DNA of 64,000 nucleotides from assembly GCA_030390025.1 (NCBI GenBank), contig CM059433.1, positions 4,960,001 to 5,024,000 on the forward strand, given 5' to 3'. Position 1 is the first letter of the stretch. Every line of letters starts with the position of its first letter. This document shows, in pieces, positions 11,311-26,449 of this stretch. The notes beneath the pieces were generated by a model that was not told where the DNA came from, ran no database searches, and saw only the letters and a list, made by a program, of their open reading frames with translations. The translations under genes were made by a program, and so were the position numbers. The stretch comes from Squalus acanthias (taxonomy: Eukaryota).

Positions 11311-14300
11311 TAAATTGCAGAAATATAACGGAGTCAAAATATAGTCAAAATTGTCTTGAATAAATATCTTTTACTTTCCCCTTGAAAACCTTTAATAGAA
11401 ACTGAGAGCCATTGTAGGCAAGGTATTCATGAACTAAGGGTAGCAATTTGTTCAACACCACAATTTCGTACTTCAGTGCAGTGATTTTCAAACCTTTCTG
11501 TGTTGAAGACCCCTACAAATATTGACACGCTCACAGACAGCCCTTGTCCTAATTTCTGAATGGCAGCAACAAGTATCCAAAGGAATACAGTAATATTGTT
11601 GCAGAGAATTTTTTTATTTTTATACACCAACAGAAATAACATGCTAGTAAGACAACAAATACAGAAATACATAGAAATCTGATGAGACTGACAGAAGTCT
11701 GATGGCTTTGTGGATTCCCTGGGAACACCTCAGAGATTACCTAGGTTTATTGATCCCGTTTTGAAGGTCCATGATTTAATAATTTTTTTTTTTACTGCCT
11801 TTTAGCAATTCTGATAAAAATTGCATTTTGTACTTTATGCATCACAATCATAAACTATATTTTTATTACTTTAACTTAAAAGTCCCAGAAAATTCAGTCA
11901 GTTGAACAAGAAGCAGACATTTTAGAGGAACTGTTTTACTCTTTGAAGTATTACATTTGATGAAATGCTGTTAGTATTCAGAAATAATTGTAATTTGGTA
12001 TTTTCAGACTGCTTTGGAATATCATGTTGCTTGAAACTGCTTTCCTTAGTGAGAAATGTTTGTTCATTTAACTGGATCAAACTTGTCAGAAATCCATTTA
12101 TAATTAAGTGTTAAAGCAATCAATGGTTATGAGATTACAGCACAAATGTAGAAACACCAATACAAGACAGATGCATAAATGGACAACATGAGAATGCTAA
12201 TTATTGATGATGCTTTGAGTAAAACAGCTTGAAATCAACTCCGTGCTGCAGGTTGCTAATAGTTTTTGCTTCAGTATTAAATTAAAATGCCAATGCTTCA
12301 GTACAATGCAGCTGGAGGAAAAGTTGACCTTCTATATAATTAAAATAAATAAACTTGTGGTATAAAAGGTTGGGCAAATCTGTCTTCTCCACATTGCTTT
12401 AGCTAAGAAGTTTATTGGCCTTTCACAGATCTAACAATCTGTCACTTGACTTTCATATGAAGTTCAACACTGGCCTCCTGAATTATGAGAGGCAGGGAAT
12501 AAATTAAACTGGGTGTGGAATAAGTAAAAGATTTTTTTCTGTAACCTTATTTGTGAGCACTAACTTGCTACCTTGTTCAGTGTGAAGTGATATATGTGTT
12601 ACAAATATTATTACAAAAGTGTCAAATCCATTGAATCAAGCACTTTCTATTTTCTTCTGGATTCACATGTTATGCTGAGATTCGAAAACCTGTGCCGTGT
12701 AGTGATTAAATCTACACGAGTTCTGAATAGAAGTACCACTTGGTGAGCATCTTTAGTGCAAAAAATAGTACACTTTCTTCAAATATAATTGCACATTCGC
12801 ACTTGATAACAGTAGATGCTTGTGAGCAACAGCTTGGGGAATGAGTTGGTTGCTATTTGGGGAGGGGAAGCGAGGACGATTTTATTTTAGTCTATTGTCA
12901 GTTTATATGGAAGATGTATATGTGTTGGGTGTACCCTTGAAGTAGGTCATTTTTATTGTAGTGTTGACACAAATCTCTGAGTTGGATGGTTTATAGTGGA
13001 AAATGAAGGATAGATTTCTGAATAAGTGTAATCTCAATTGCTGCTGTAAGTAGGCTTGATCAATTGAAGAGGCACTTAGCTCCACTATACAAGCAGTTTG
13101 CTTTGCTTTGAGCCTGGTTTGCACCAAATGGTTTAGTGGTCCAAGCATGTAATAATTGATGGTTAACATTTGAAGCCATTATTTACTTAAAGAGAAAGGG
13201 ACGTCTAGGGGGATGTACTTTTTTAGAATCATAGAAATTACACCACTGCATTTGTGCTTCTTCAAAGTACACCTGTTTTTATCGAAGGAAGTGTTTGTGT
13301 CAGAAGAAATCTGATTAATCTAAAAAATATATATTTTTATTTAACTGGCATAAGGACTCTTTAAATAGCTACTTCACTAAGGGTGAATGTCCTATGAGTC
13401 CTGGAGCAGCTCCGCAGTAAGCAGTGAGGGTTCCAACTTCAAATCCACTTGAGAACTTCTCCAGAAGTGTAGGGCTTTGGGAACCTGAGGATGCAGATGA
13501 TTATCAGCCCATAGGATAGCTTTGAGGATAGAGCAGCTCCCAGACTGCTCTAAAGTCACAGCTTCCATTGTTTCCTATGAAGTCGCACCAGGACGATCCC
13601 TATAGGCAATATCCTCGGAATGGCTATACGTGGAGGGAGACCTGACTTGAAGTTTGAAAATTTCAAATTCACCTGACTCGGATGCTTTCACTTTCAGCAA
13701 AAACTACTCCCCACTAGATGTTTCTTCCCCATTAAACAAGGAATGATACTTCATTAGGTGCCAAAGCCTGAAAATGTTAGCATTATGTAAAACAACGAAG
13801 GGGGAAAGATGTAACCATTAATGCACTTGTTGAATTCCAATCTGCAAAGAAACACATCAAATTTTAAAGTGCTTAAACATAATTTTCAAACATTCAATGT
13901 GCACTGGAAATAGATTCTGAGACAGAGGTGAATCAGAAACTGTTAAAAGGGTATCTAAGGGAAGACTCAGAAAAATGATATTTGCTAGCCTTTTATGAAA
14001 TTTGAGGATAATGAAAAGTTCTTTCAAGTGTGCTTTTCTGTAAGTTATTTTAGTATTCCATTGGCTGTCCCGCACACCTTCTGACCTATAGCAAATTTTT
14101 CAAAGTCCAAAAGTGCTGTCTGTTCAGGGGCAGTATACGGCTAGAATGTCATTGGCCGCCAAAAAATCAGTATGGGATTTGGCTGTGGCCATCCTGATGT
14201 GTAGGACAAGCGTTGGACACTAAATGTAAAATAGCTTATAGCAGCTATGTTCAGATTGAGTTTTGCATTATTTTCCAGGTAGTAAAAGAGGATCCACAAT

Positions 14301-15693
14301 TTTTTGTGAACTTCCCTTGAGCCATTCCTTTAATAATAATGAGGAAAAAGTCTCAAACTGTCTGTTTCTGTCAGTTTTTGTTGGTCACCCATTCCTCCTC
14401 CAGACAGACTTGCAGGCAGTGGAGATGTAATGAAACAAATGGAGATGGTAATGTTAATGCTCTTTCCTCTGTCATGATCATTGTATAAAATATAATAAAT
14501 CAATAAATTCTGCTACTTCATGCGCGGTGGGAGCTTCTGACTTGTTTTGATTTTGGATTGAGCTTCTGATTATTTCATGGATCTGTCACATCTCGCTCAT
14601 TTTAGTTTAAGCCTACTTTAAATGGATGTGCAATTTCTCATTGTTTGATTATATAAATCTCCCTCGTGAACAGCTCTCACGACTGTCATCAGTCAAGATG
14701 TACTCCAGTTTTCATTGATGAATTTTGAAAGCTCTTAAGAGAATTGCACACTCGGCACTTTTCAGTTCCTGGTGAATAATCACACCTAAATATTTGACAA
14801 TCTGTGGCCTAGATCAGATATATGTGCCCCCAACTAATTGGGCGCGCAGTACTGTGGCTAAAGGAACTTGAGAATCACTAAACCGGCAAATTAGAGTGAA
14901 GTTGTTTGATCAAGCACCTCTTTTGGTTACATAGAACAGATCAATTTCACAAAATGTCGAACTCTTCCTGGACAAATAGTACACCTGTTTTTTCAGAAGG
15001 ATCTCCTTGGTTACTTCAGAAGACACAACACACATTCCAAATTTAGTTAGCTTTTGGTTTCTTGCCTCATCCTGGACAGCACATTACCACAATCCCTTTG
15101 GGTGTTCTTTAACTCTCACTTGCCATTGATTCCTGCCTCCTCCCAAAAACTACTCTTTTTTTGACCAGAAATGATTCACTTTTGCCTACGTGTGATTTTG
15201 ACATTTGATGTGATGTGATTGGGTAAAAATCTGATGACTTTATAATGTACTGTTATACACTGAATTGTATTAATCGAAAAATGAAGACCTCCAATAAAAA
15301 TTAAGTATTTGCAAATCAGAGGAGAGGTGATTATTAAATTTGCTTACATAAGGATTGTTTGATTAATTTCAGGTTTGGCAGAGAAGTAAAAGAGAATTTA
15401 AAAATAAAAATGAAACTAGCTCCACAAATAAAACTTGAAGTGTGCAGCAGTTACATTTTTAAATGATCAAAGTGCTGCGCCAATTAGCAGATTCCATTGT
15501 AGCACTAAAACAGGGCAATAATGTCCTATGTTTTACACTTAACAGATGTTGGACATTGCACTACAATAACTGCCTTTAATTTATACGAAAGGCCTATAGC
15601 TTGTGAGTAGTATATGGTTCCTGAATCTGATTTAATGGAAAAGAAAAGAAGCGATAGCTAACAGCTCTTATTTTTCCTCCTTCTGGCATGTAA

Positions 15694-15861
<168 letters not shown>

Positions 15862-16211
15862 TAAGTATTTTGTTTTACACTTGTACCTTAAATGCAGTAG
15901 AGGTTTTATTTGATTGTGTGGATCCATTTAACTTTTTTTTTAATTACATGGCTTCTCTAGCTTCAGTGGGTTAATTTAACATTTAGAAATTCTGGTAAAA
16001 TTATTGTTAGTTTGTGTTGCTGAAAGTTGCATGAAAACTTAGGTACCACGTTGCATTGTACTTACACAATGCAGCTCACTTGATCAACGACATCACAGGA
16101 CTATCCATGATATAGCACTAAAGGCAAGATTGAGTGGGTATTTCTTTTACAATTGCACTTGGACATATTCCATAAATAGTGCCTGTGAAAGAGGATTAAT
16201 ACTGAAATTCA

Positions 16212-17240
16212 GGCCTAGAAATTCGACTTAAGCCCGAAAATGGGCGGTGCCACCGCAGGCCAAGGTTAACAGCTGCCCACAAAAAGAGCACAGGCAGCCT
16301 GGTATTTTGGTGCTGACTGCTGATTTAAATGAGCGGACCGCAGAAGCTCCCGTGCAACGCGCTCTTTCCGGCGGTAACATCAACAGGAGGCCGAAGGTCG
16401 GGTCTAAAGGATCGGTGAGGCGGTCTCGGACTGTCACGGACTGTGAAAGACTGTGACATAGATGTCGTTAAACTGTTGCAGGAGAAATCAATTGAAATTT
16501 AAAAAAATTAAAAGGGAAACATGAGCCTTTTGGTCACGAGTTTACTGGTGTAAATCGTGCAGGAGAGTTCAATTACATTTTTAACAACAACAGACTTTTG
16601 AAGAACTCTCGGTGAGAATATGGTATTAAATTTTCCCTAATTCTTGGCCTTTTAAAAACAGGCTTCAAAACTTTGCATATTATTTTGTCAGTTCCTAAAC
16701 TAGAAAACCCAAATTTATAAAAATTTAAGGAAATGCAACTTTGATTTTTTTCCTGAGATTCTTACAACTGTAATACAGTGTAGTTTATTTTAAAAGTATT
16801 TACCACTTGTAATGTTTGACTGACTGGGGGGAGATTTGATGCATCTCATTGGAAGCAGTTTTCACTCCAATTACATAGTCTGAGCTCTCCATAGTTGCCA
16901 GATATCTCGGCAGCTGTTTACTGTACAGTTTATAGCTCACCGCCGCTTTCTCCCGGCTCTACGCGCTGCCAACGGCTGCACGCATGGGCGTGCTTTGGAG
17001 AGGGAGGTAAGAGGAGCGGCGACATCCAAAATCGGCGAGCGTGCGTCAATTCGTCATTGCACGCCGATTGATGTCATGCTCCTGGTAATTAAAATACTTG
17101 CAGCGAGAGCAAGCAACGGCAGCACTGCCAGCCCGCCCAATATGACGTCCGCTGTGTTCCGCACCGGAAGAGAGGCAGCTGCCATTTTTGCTTCAAAACC
17201 GGCCTTAACGGCTGGTTTTGAAGGTTCAAATTTCTAGGCC
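16212..17240. mobile_element. Harbinger-type MITE (~1.03 kb)
   Basis: Perfect 12-bp TIR GGCCTAGAAATT, 3-bp TSD TCA on both sides, no coding capacity. Confidence 0.85.
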
Positions 17241-17449
17241 TCAATCTCTAGCTTCACATAAGCTTTGCTCTTGTGGTTTATGACACTATCTGAACCTTTC
17301 AACCAAATTGTAGGGTTACAACCCTCCCAAGCATTCAGTACACAGTATATTTAATTTAACATGTTCAGTTAACCAGTGGGTATTTAAAGCTGCACTACAG
17401 CTAAAGTTGCAGTACAGCTACCAACATTTCTGTAGTGCTCATGTAGAGA

Positions 17450-17880
17450 GCAAAAATACACATTAATAGAAATGTAGATACCAAGTGGGTTAGGGCAGGG
17501 AACAAAGGCACAGTCAAAAAGGAGGCTTTCGAGGAGACCTCTGAACATCGGGAGTGAGTGGGCAAAGTGGAGGGAGTTCCAGAGGATGCGAGGAAAGTAT
17601 CTGAATGAACAGCCACAAATGGTGGAACAGTGGGTGTACGGATGAGAAGTGGACCGGTGTCCAAAGAACCGAGGGTGCTTCCACGGGCGCAGGGCTGGAG
17701 GAGGTTACAGAAATAGGGTGGGGCAAGGCCATTGTGGGATTTGAAGATGGGGACGAGGATCTTGTAGTCAGTCCATTGAGATACTGGAAGCCAGTGGAGC
17801 TTGGTGCAGATGACGGTGCGGGGCTTTGTGCAGGAAACGATGAGGACTATGTTGCAGTTTGTGGAGGTGTCAACCAGTTT
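17450..17880 (-). mobile_element. Old L2 LINE 3' fragment
   Basis: Degenerate similarity to the L2 3' end at 49960-50400. Confidence 0.5.
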
Positions 17881-18919
17881 TGAAATGCTAAACTTAAGAT
17901 CACAATTACATTATTAACTAGTACACTATTGACTGTTCTCAACAGCGTGGTGAGTGGGAGGCATGGTTACACAACCCATTGCTGTCACTGTTGATTTGAA
18001 GGGGATGGGGAGAAATAGTGGAAAGTAGATTTGGGTATGAATACACATGCATGCAGTGTTGATTACATTTCTATTGCTTTCATGAGATTATCTGCTTTTT
18101 TCAGTTATTAGAAGTTGAATCTGAGTGCTGGGGCTGTTTTATTTCTTCAAAGAAAATGTTTAAAGAGTAAACTTCTTACTGGGCTGTGCACAGTACGGGC
18201 AGTGCTGGGCCACCTTTTCTAGGTGGCAAAACTTGCATTAATGCAAGATAATCAGAATTATACTGCATGTCTTGTTTTAGTGTGACATGAACAACAACAC
18301 CATGAGAGTGACAAAATTAATCAGTTAACATGGACTGCTAGTTTTTTTTCCCCAAAAGAAACTGAATTGTTTATACATTGTGGTAATATTGATTGAGGTA
18401 TGTTATACAGTCAGCAATTCTGTCTCTCGCTCTGTTTCCCCTCTTTTTTGCCTGTCTCTTTCTCTAATTCACCAACCAATGGGAAGTTTTTAAGAATTTT
18501 GAACACCTTGATTAGATTCCCCCTTCACCTTTTCTATGCCAGTGGAAAAGCCCGAAACTTTCAACCCTTTTTCCATAGCTGTAACATCTCCTTCATGGTA
18601 TAATTCTAATTGCTTTTACACAAAAAATTAAATCAAATGTGTAATTGATGTCTTTATTTAAAGTGAATAGAAATCATAAACTAACTAAATTCCATTGCAC
18701 GTGGTATACGCATGTTACAAATCTAGTTGCATCATTCTAGAGTCTTGTTCTTTCGTATGGTAATTCTAGAGGGTACTGTTGAGGGGCGGGGGTGGGTGCG
18801 GCGCGTTGTATGTGCCTATTGCCGGCAACACTCGAAATCAAAAGCTTCATTTATTGATGATTACAGGCTTCCCTTCAGACAGACTTTCTTTTTGTCCTCA
18901 AAGTCCTCCCCTTCTTGCT

Positions 18920-19095
18920 AAGATATAGAATCATACAGCACAGAAGGAGTCCATTCTTTTTGAAAGAGCTCTCCAATTAGTCCCACTCCCCTGCTCTTTC
19001 CCCATAGCCCTGCAAATTTTTCCTTTTCATTTAATATATCCAACTCCCTTTTGAAAGTTATGATTGAATCTGCTTCCACCATCTTTTCAGGTACC
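18920..19095 (-). mobile_element. CR1 LINE 3' fragment
   Basis: Minus strand encodes VEADSIITFKRELD, followed by the CR1 tail (ccttctgtgctgtatgattctat). Confidence 0.75.
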
Positions 19096-19476
19096 AGGCA
19101 CCAGAACTCTCCAACCATTCACGAGTGAACTTTGACAGTGAATATTAGCAAGTTATTTTGTCTGCAGTGACCATACACTTCCATCAAGCACCAATGGATA
19201 GCAATTTTGATTGGATAATTGTCTCCCCCTCCCCCACCCACTATCCCAGGTTTGCTAAGGCCAATTTTAACACCTTTACCCCTGCCCCAGCTGAGATCTT
19301 CTCATTCAACCCAGATTGAATCTGGAACATTCCTGCTCTGTATGACTCAGCTAATCACTGAATAAACTTGCTAAGCCAAGGCAGATCAAGAGAGCTTTAA
19401 TTAAAAACATGAGTGCATTGGCATGACTGTAGAAGTTGTCAAATCTTGAATAGAAGAGTTGTGTTTTTCCCCCTAG

Positions 19477-19540
19477 GTTGCTAAGTGACTCGCCTGCGTC
19501 CTACAAAGAGAATGAGCCCAATTTACCCAGTAAAATTGAG
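19477..19540 (+). CDS. ROCK2: ROCK2 exon C (LLSDSPASYKENEPNLPSKIE)
   Basis: ccctAG acceptor, GTGGGT donor, 64 nt; LLSDSP matches ROCK2 and the phase is consistent. Confidence 0.9.
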
Positions 19541-21719
19541 GTGGGTGTAAATGTGGTTTACAGTTAACATGTAAAGCAGTGCTATATGGTTTTTTGTTCA
19601 AATATTGATAGAATTTAATAGGCTTCCTATTTAAACCTAGTTTATTTTATACAACTTAAGTTGCATGTAGTAATTATTGCTTTTATTCAATGGTTTTTAT
19701 TTTAAAAATTATGTTTAGGACTTCTGCTTGGTAGCACTTAGTAATAACGCTGCAAAGTATTTTAAATGAACACTACGGAGGGCTTTGTGAATAGTTAAGT
19801 AACTAGCTATGAAGAAAAGTGCTATTTGAACTATAAAGACAAAGTGACGTCAGTGAAAATCTGCCTTCTCTAATATGTTAATTAATACTGTTGCTGAGTT
19901 CTCATTGAATTGAAATTAAATAGCAGAAGGCAAAGGCAATACAATATGGTTGATACGTCTTTAGGCTTGCATGAATACCCATTGATAGTACTGAAAACAT
20001 TTTGTAAGTGGTAGAGGGAGTCAACACCTACCAGAACCCTTGTAAAAAACCAATGAAAAAATAATGAGCATTAATGGCTTTTTGGGCGGGGTGGGTGAAG
20101 GGGGCGTGCAGGAGTATCTGTCTTCTTCTGTTAGATTATTGATTGTGTAAACATTGATGCCTACCTCCTTTTGCAGAAACTGGCTGGCAGGCACTACTGT
20201 ATCATGCATTTACTAACCCAGCCTTTAACAAATTTGTAATTTCAGTTCAACTTCTTCATACTAATGGCTAGTAACTCCTCCAAGCCAGTTGCTCTGTTGA
20301 TGCCTGGGGGAAGAAATTTTAAAATCAGCAAAAATCGAAAATTGATGGAATTATTAGATTTTTTCCTTGCCAACTTTCTCCCCTCCTTTTCTGAAAGCGT
20401 TGGCTCGTGGGGATATAGTTTCAAAAGCACCAGGCAACCTCCAGTATATCACTAAAAGGCCGTTATTCCTTTGTGAGTCTTAACATTGAATATTGGTAGG
20501 GTATCAGACAGCAAGCGGTGGGGAGCGGGGTGCATACATGTGGATCACCACTCAGCCCTATCCTTTCATCTGGCGCTCATGTGTGCACTTTCATTGAGAG
20601 TCCCTGGACAGTGATTTTGAGGTGGAACCACGGCACAATTTCCCTCCCTAACCCAGGAGCACAGAGATCAATTGTCGTGCCTCTACTGCCCTAGCAAGGA
20701 TGAACTAACTCGGTACACTTCGGAGCTCAAGCCTGGATCCTGCTTTGTGAATCTCGGCTATTCACCAGTTGTTTAGGGAGGTAGTCTAAATTGAATCTAT
20801 ATACTTTTAAAAAGTATATGTGGAAATGTTAGAAATTTTTCTTTTCAATTAGAAATGAATGATCACCTTGCACCTAATTTGGATTAAGTATGGTTTGCTG
20901 AAGGTCAGGGTTTTTTCTTGCTTTGTTTGAATATTAATCAGACCGTTAGAAATAATTTTTTTTTTAATATAGAGATTTAAATGAATATGTACCATCCAAA
21001 AAATTTAAACTGGCATTGGTTATATTGAAAATAAATTATTTGAGTTGATTTTGATGTGTTCAAAGTTGTTATGTTGCACCAACTGGACACAATTTTTTTG
21101 TTTTAATAGACCAATAAATGACAGAACTTGATTTACTGAAACAGCTTATGCTAGGGTGAAAAATTACAAGTGATCGATTATGTAGGCCCAATTTACTGGT
21201 GTTTCAAATTTTCTATAAACCATTGAGCTCTATTGTGTATCTTATTTATATCACACATATAGCAATTTTAAGTTCAGCAAAATTCAGAACACAATTGTTT
21301 TATTCTTTCTCATTCATACAGCCTTACTCGTACGATATGGGGGGAAAAAACCTGCAGCATTACTCTGTGTAGAGTAGTATGCTGCAGGTAAATTATGTAT
21401 AATTGGTATGATCGATGATGGCTTAAAGTGCTGCCATTAAAAATTACAATGCAGTACAGGAATGGATAATGTGATTTTTGAGATTCAACAAAAGAAGTGT
21501 CCTCTTAAGAAATACTCCACTGCAAATGAAGCCTTGGTGTGGTATAAAGAAAATTTAAAAAGTTTGCACTTACAGTATGTCCCTTTTTCCCATTATATAC
21601 AGCATAGTTTGGAGGTAGGTTGCCTTTATCTCTTTTTGAAAATAATTGTGTGCAAGCTCATTGGAATGTTGTATATATGTTCATATTCTTGCTGATATTT
21701 CTTGCATTTTTCATTGTAG

Positions 21720-21808
21720 TCTGCAAAACTACAGAAGAAGCTACACCAGCTTGAAGAACAATTGAACAATGAAATGCAAGCCAAAGATGAAATGGAACAA
21801 AAATATAG
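21720..21808 (+). CDS. ROCK2: ROCK2 exon D (SAKLQKKLHQLEEQLNNEMQAKDEMEQKY)
   Basis: tgtAG acceptor, GTACGC donor, 89 nt. Confidence 0.93.
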
Positions 21809-22431
21809 GTACGCAGCAACGAGGACAGGGTTTGATAACACTCTGTCTCATCACCTTTAGGACTTGGCTTTGAAACCAGCTTACACTGATGGATTGAAAG
21901 TCTCTCCTGTTTTTTGGCTGTTCAGGATAATATGTAAAATGAATTTTGGTAGCTTTTAAGCCTAACTACCCTTATTTGTCTAAAGGGTGATTAGTATGGA
22001 AGCTAGAACATGTCACACTAGTGCAGTCGGTGTTGCTGTTCTGAGGCTGCGGCTAAAGCACATCATTGGTGCATTGGAGAGAAAAGTTTACTCTGAATCT
22101 AACCCATGCTGTGTATGACTGGAGCATGCTTGCCACTGATATCGGATTCCCCAAATTGTAAATGATTTAATGTCCCAGTGCTGGTGTTCATCACCTTGTT
22201 GAGCACGATTCACACAAAAAATGTCTGGAACTATTTACTATTTCATTTTGTAAGACTTTTTTGTGTATGGGTTAGTTGCATATTGAAGAAATCCTGTCAC
22301 TTTAAGAAAATCTATTATGATAAACCCTACCATGTATTGGATAGGATTTTTTTTTTTTTTTAATTACATGTGTGAAATAGTGCTCCTGTAGTTGATGAGA
22401 TTACTATAGCCATGGCTGCGAATAATAGAGA

Positions 22432-22845
22432 AAGAGTTTGCATTTATAAAGCACCTCATTGTGTCTTCAAGATTTCACAAAATGTTTCACAGCCAATGAA
22501 TAACTGAATTACATAGTTATTGTTTATATCGGCAAATGCAGCAGCCGCTTTGCACACAGCAAATGTGATGTCTGTCTAGTTGATCTCTTTTTGGCGATGA
22601 TGGAGAGCGAGCAATGTTGACCCAAACACTGGGAGATCTCGTTGCTCCTCTTCACATAGTGCCATGGGATCTTTTGCACTCTTTGATTTAATGTCTCCTC
22701 TAAATGACGTTGCCTCTGACAATATAGCATCCCCTCAGTACTACACTGAAGTGGCCAGCCGATTTTAAGTGCTCAAGTCCTAGATTTGGGTTTGAACACA
22801 AATCCTTCTTACTTGAGTGAATGTTCTTAACAGAGCCAAACTGCA
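22432..22845 (-). mobile_element. Deu-domain SINE (SacSINE1/AmnSINE-like)
   Basis: Reverse complement of the Deu core (gtgccatgggatctttt...tttaatgtctc...ccctcagtactacactg), plus tRNA-like head and L2-like tail. Confidence 0.7.
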
Positions 22846-23950
22846 TCTTAAGTTGAATATTCTACTGTAGCAGATTAAATCAACATTGCATATGCACTTT
22901 TTAAACAAAAACAAAACTGATCACAGCATAAAATTGACGAAATACAGAAATGTTTGGCTGTAACTACAACTAAGTCCAAATCACAGCTGTTTAAGTTTGG
23001 TCTTGGCTCTATATTTTTTGGCGAAAGAACTAATATCAAAGACTATTTTATCCAAATACAAGCCCCGTTTTAGTTTTTAATCTTTCCTCCACTCCTCTTT
23101 CATTGGTTTTATCTTAAAATTCCCTTCTGCCTGTACAACCATATGGAAAATTTCCCAACCAAGAGCATACACTTGAAAATTTTGAAAGAAATTTCAAAAT
23201 AAGAAAGGGCTCCTCCAATACACTGTCAACTCCAATGCTCTTGATGGCATCGAGGCTTCTGCTCTTGAATCTTGGAGGTGCACAACAGCAGTGTTGGTGA
23301 GAAGGGCGAATTGATCTCAGAAAAAAACCTTCGTCACAAACTGTCTTTGAGGATTTCGTCTTGGTGCAAAGAGACCTGATGCCAGAGTGATTCGGAGTGA
23401 GACTGCCTTGATATAGTAGTCTTGTACTATTTTGGCTTGATGCCGCATGGAATGTAAATACAGCGTAGTGTCGGATGTGGTTTATGAAGTGTTGAAGGGC
23501 CCTTTTGGACTTCCTGGGCATTAGTTGAACCTAACTGACTTCAATTTAAATGTTTAGACACCAGGGATTCTACCCTTTCTATTGTCTAAATATTTAAATC
23601 CCTAACTATTGGGAGAGAGCTCCACCATATATGCTTGCATCCAGGCAAGCATATGCAAAGCTCACTCTTCAACAGAATAATTGAAGTTTCAGCCAGGCAA
23701 AGCAAACAATGTTCTGCTTATTATGATCTGAACTGCAGCTACTGGTCTGAGAGTGATAGCTGAAGTGTAAATGTACCCTTGGGTGCACTGGTATGATATG
23801 TGCCCATTAAAATTAAAAACCTATTGGTTCGAAAAGAAACTTCCCGGTGAAGTTAACCAGAAAAATGGAGTTGACATTTTGTATTTCTTCTGTTTTGTGT
23901 TAAGCATTCTGTTTCAGGACTTGATATTTCCCTGTACTTTTCATTTGTAG

Positions 23951-23999
23951 AACAACGAGCAGTCGTCTGGAAAAGATATCCAAAGATTTGGAAGATGAG
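23951..23999 (+). CDS. ROCK2: ROCK2 exon E (TTSSRLEKISKDLEDE)
   Basis: ttgtAG acceptor, GTACAG donor, 49 nt; phase consistent. Confidence 0.92.
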
Positions 24000-24144
24000 G
24001 TACAGCCCTGTGTTTTTTTTTGTATTCTGGTCCAGGTGCATTTTAATTTTAGTCTAATTTAGATGAATTAGATTCAGTTATACAAACAGTGTTGGCTAAT
24101 TTTTAAATTGAACATTCTGCCTCTTCCATTTCTAATATTTTGTT

Positions 24145-25830
24145 TAGCAGGAAGGACAGAGTAAAGCGCAAATATAGTAATTAAATATAGTAATCAACTC
24201 ACAAAGGAAGCGGGTGATGTGAAGGTTACACTAAAAGAGGAGAGTGAAGTTATGGACAGGATCGTAATAGATAGCGAAGACGTACTAAAAAAATTAGCAT
24301 TATTGAAAGTTGGTAAGCCACCTGGATGGAATGCATCCTAGGTTGTTGAAAGAAGCAAAGGTAGAAATAGCAGAGGCATTGGTCACAATCTTTCAATCCT
24401 CATTGGATACAGGAGTAGTGTCGAAGGACTGGAGGGTTACTAATGTTATACCACTATTCAAGAAAGGGGAGAGGGATAAACTAAAACTAGGCCAGTTAGT
24501 CAAACATCAGTGGTGGGGAAGTTATTGGAAACCATTATCAGGGACAAAATAAACTTTAATTTGGAAAGCTATGGGTTAATCAAGGATTTGTTGAAGGCAA
24601 ATCGTGTCTGACTAACTTGATTGAATTATTTGATGAGGTAACCGAGAAGGTTGATCAAGATAGTGCAGTAGATGTTTTATATGGACTTTTGGAAGGCATT
24701 TGACAAAGTGCCACACAGGTGGCTTATTAAGAAGATGGAAGCCCATGGAATTATGTGGAAAGTGGCAATATGGATACAAAATTGGCTCAGTGACAGGAAA
24801 CAAAGGGTGGTGGTGGATGAATGCTTTTCAGACTGGGAGGTGGTTTGCAGTGGTGTTCCTCAAGGGTCAGTTTTGGTTCCATTACTCTTCAATTTTTATA
24901 AACGACCTAGACTTGGGTGTAGGGAGCAACATTATAAAGTTTGCAGATGATATGAAACTTGGCAAAGTTGTAGATAGTGATGAGGATAGTTGTAGACTTC
25001 AGGATGACACAGACAGGATGGTGAAATGGGCAGGAGCATGGTAAATGGAGCAGAGAAGTGTGAAGTGATGCACTTTGGGAAGACTAATATGGAAAGACAG
25101 TATGTTTGAAAAGTACAGATGAGCAGAGAGACCTTGGTGTCCATATACACAAATCCTTAAAGGTGGCAGGGCGAATTGATAAGATGGCTAAAAAGAATAT
25201 GGGTTACTTGGGTTTATAAATAGACGCATACAATATAAAAGCAAAGCAAAGCGAACATGCTAGAACTTTATAAATCACTGGTTAGGTCTGAGCTGGAGTA
25301 TTGTGGACAATTCTGGGCACCACACTTCAGGAAAGAAGTAAAACCCTTAGAAAAGGTACAGAGGAGGTTTACCAGGGACAAGGAACATCAGTTATGAGGA
25401 GAGTTTGGAAAAGTTAGGACTGTTCTCCTTGAAACAGAGAAGATTAAGAGGTGACCTAATAGAGGTTTTCAAGTTGATCAGAGGTTTTGATAGAGTAGAG
25501 AGAGAAAAATTATTCCCTTTGGCGAGTGGGTCAATAACCAGAGGTCATAGATTTAAAATCATTGGCCAAAGATCTAGAGGGAAGATGAGGAGAATTTTTT
25601 TCACTGCGTTGTCGGGATCTGGAACGCTGCACCTGAAAAGGTGGTGGAAGCTGATTCCATAAATAATTTTAAAAAGGTAGTTCGACAGATCCTTGAGGGT
25701 GAGGAACTTGCAGCATTACGGACAAAAAGCGAGGATGTGCGACTAAGCATGACTGCTCTTTCAAAGAGCCAGCACAGGCACGACGGGCCGAATGGCGGCC
25801 TCCTGTGCTGTACGTTTCTATGATTTTTGA
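24145..25830 (+). mobile_element. CR1 LINE, 5'-truncated and decayed RT region with 3' tail
   Basis: DGMHPRLLKE, YMDFWKAFDKVPH, SGVPQGSVL, KFADD, LFSLKQRRLRGDLIEVFK. Confidence 0.9.
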
Positions 25831-26449
25831 TTATGCAGTTTGGGAGATAAAGGATGCTAGAAATAAAAATTGGAACAATTTAATTCAATCCACGATTTGT
25901 GAAGCTACTCCAACATCCACCATATCTGACCTCAAAACTGGCATAGACATTAGCAATGTTTGACAGAAATGTAAGTCTAATTTATCTAATTAAATAGACA
26001 GAAATTGCAAGAAATATTACATTTAGGGGAATATTTAATGGCAACAGGTTTGAATTAGGTCGCAAGAATTCATTATAATGGATAATTCAGTATACAGCAT
26101 TACCTATCAAGGGAAATGGGAGGTATATAAGACTTTTATTTGACTTGCCTTTAGTAGAAGGAAGAAAAAAGAAACCCACTCTTGCTTATAGTCTTTTGAA
26201 TATGTCCAAGTTTAACATTTCTAACGTACAAAACACCGGAAGTTTTGCACACTTAGGATGAAGTATTAAAGCTCTAATCTGCAACGCCAGTGTGTGGCAG
26301 GGCTTAAGTTTACACATGATTCCCTGCATCAACCTTTTGTAAAGGTTCTGGATACACGACACCACTGAGTGATGGGTCGTGAATATACCTGTAATTCCCC
26401 ATGCTGTGAGCTTTGTTTTTAATGATGCCGCTCTAGGCAATTACCAGTA

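Noticed and set aside
23114..23521. 135-aa minus-strand ORF as a nested gene
   Set aside because: No recognisable domain or splice structure. At most a faint resemblance to an ancient LINE C-terminus, too weak to call.
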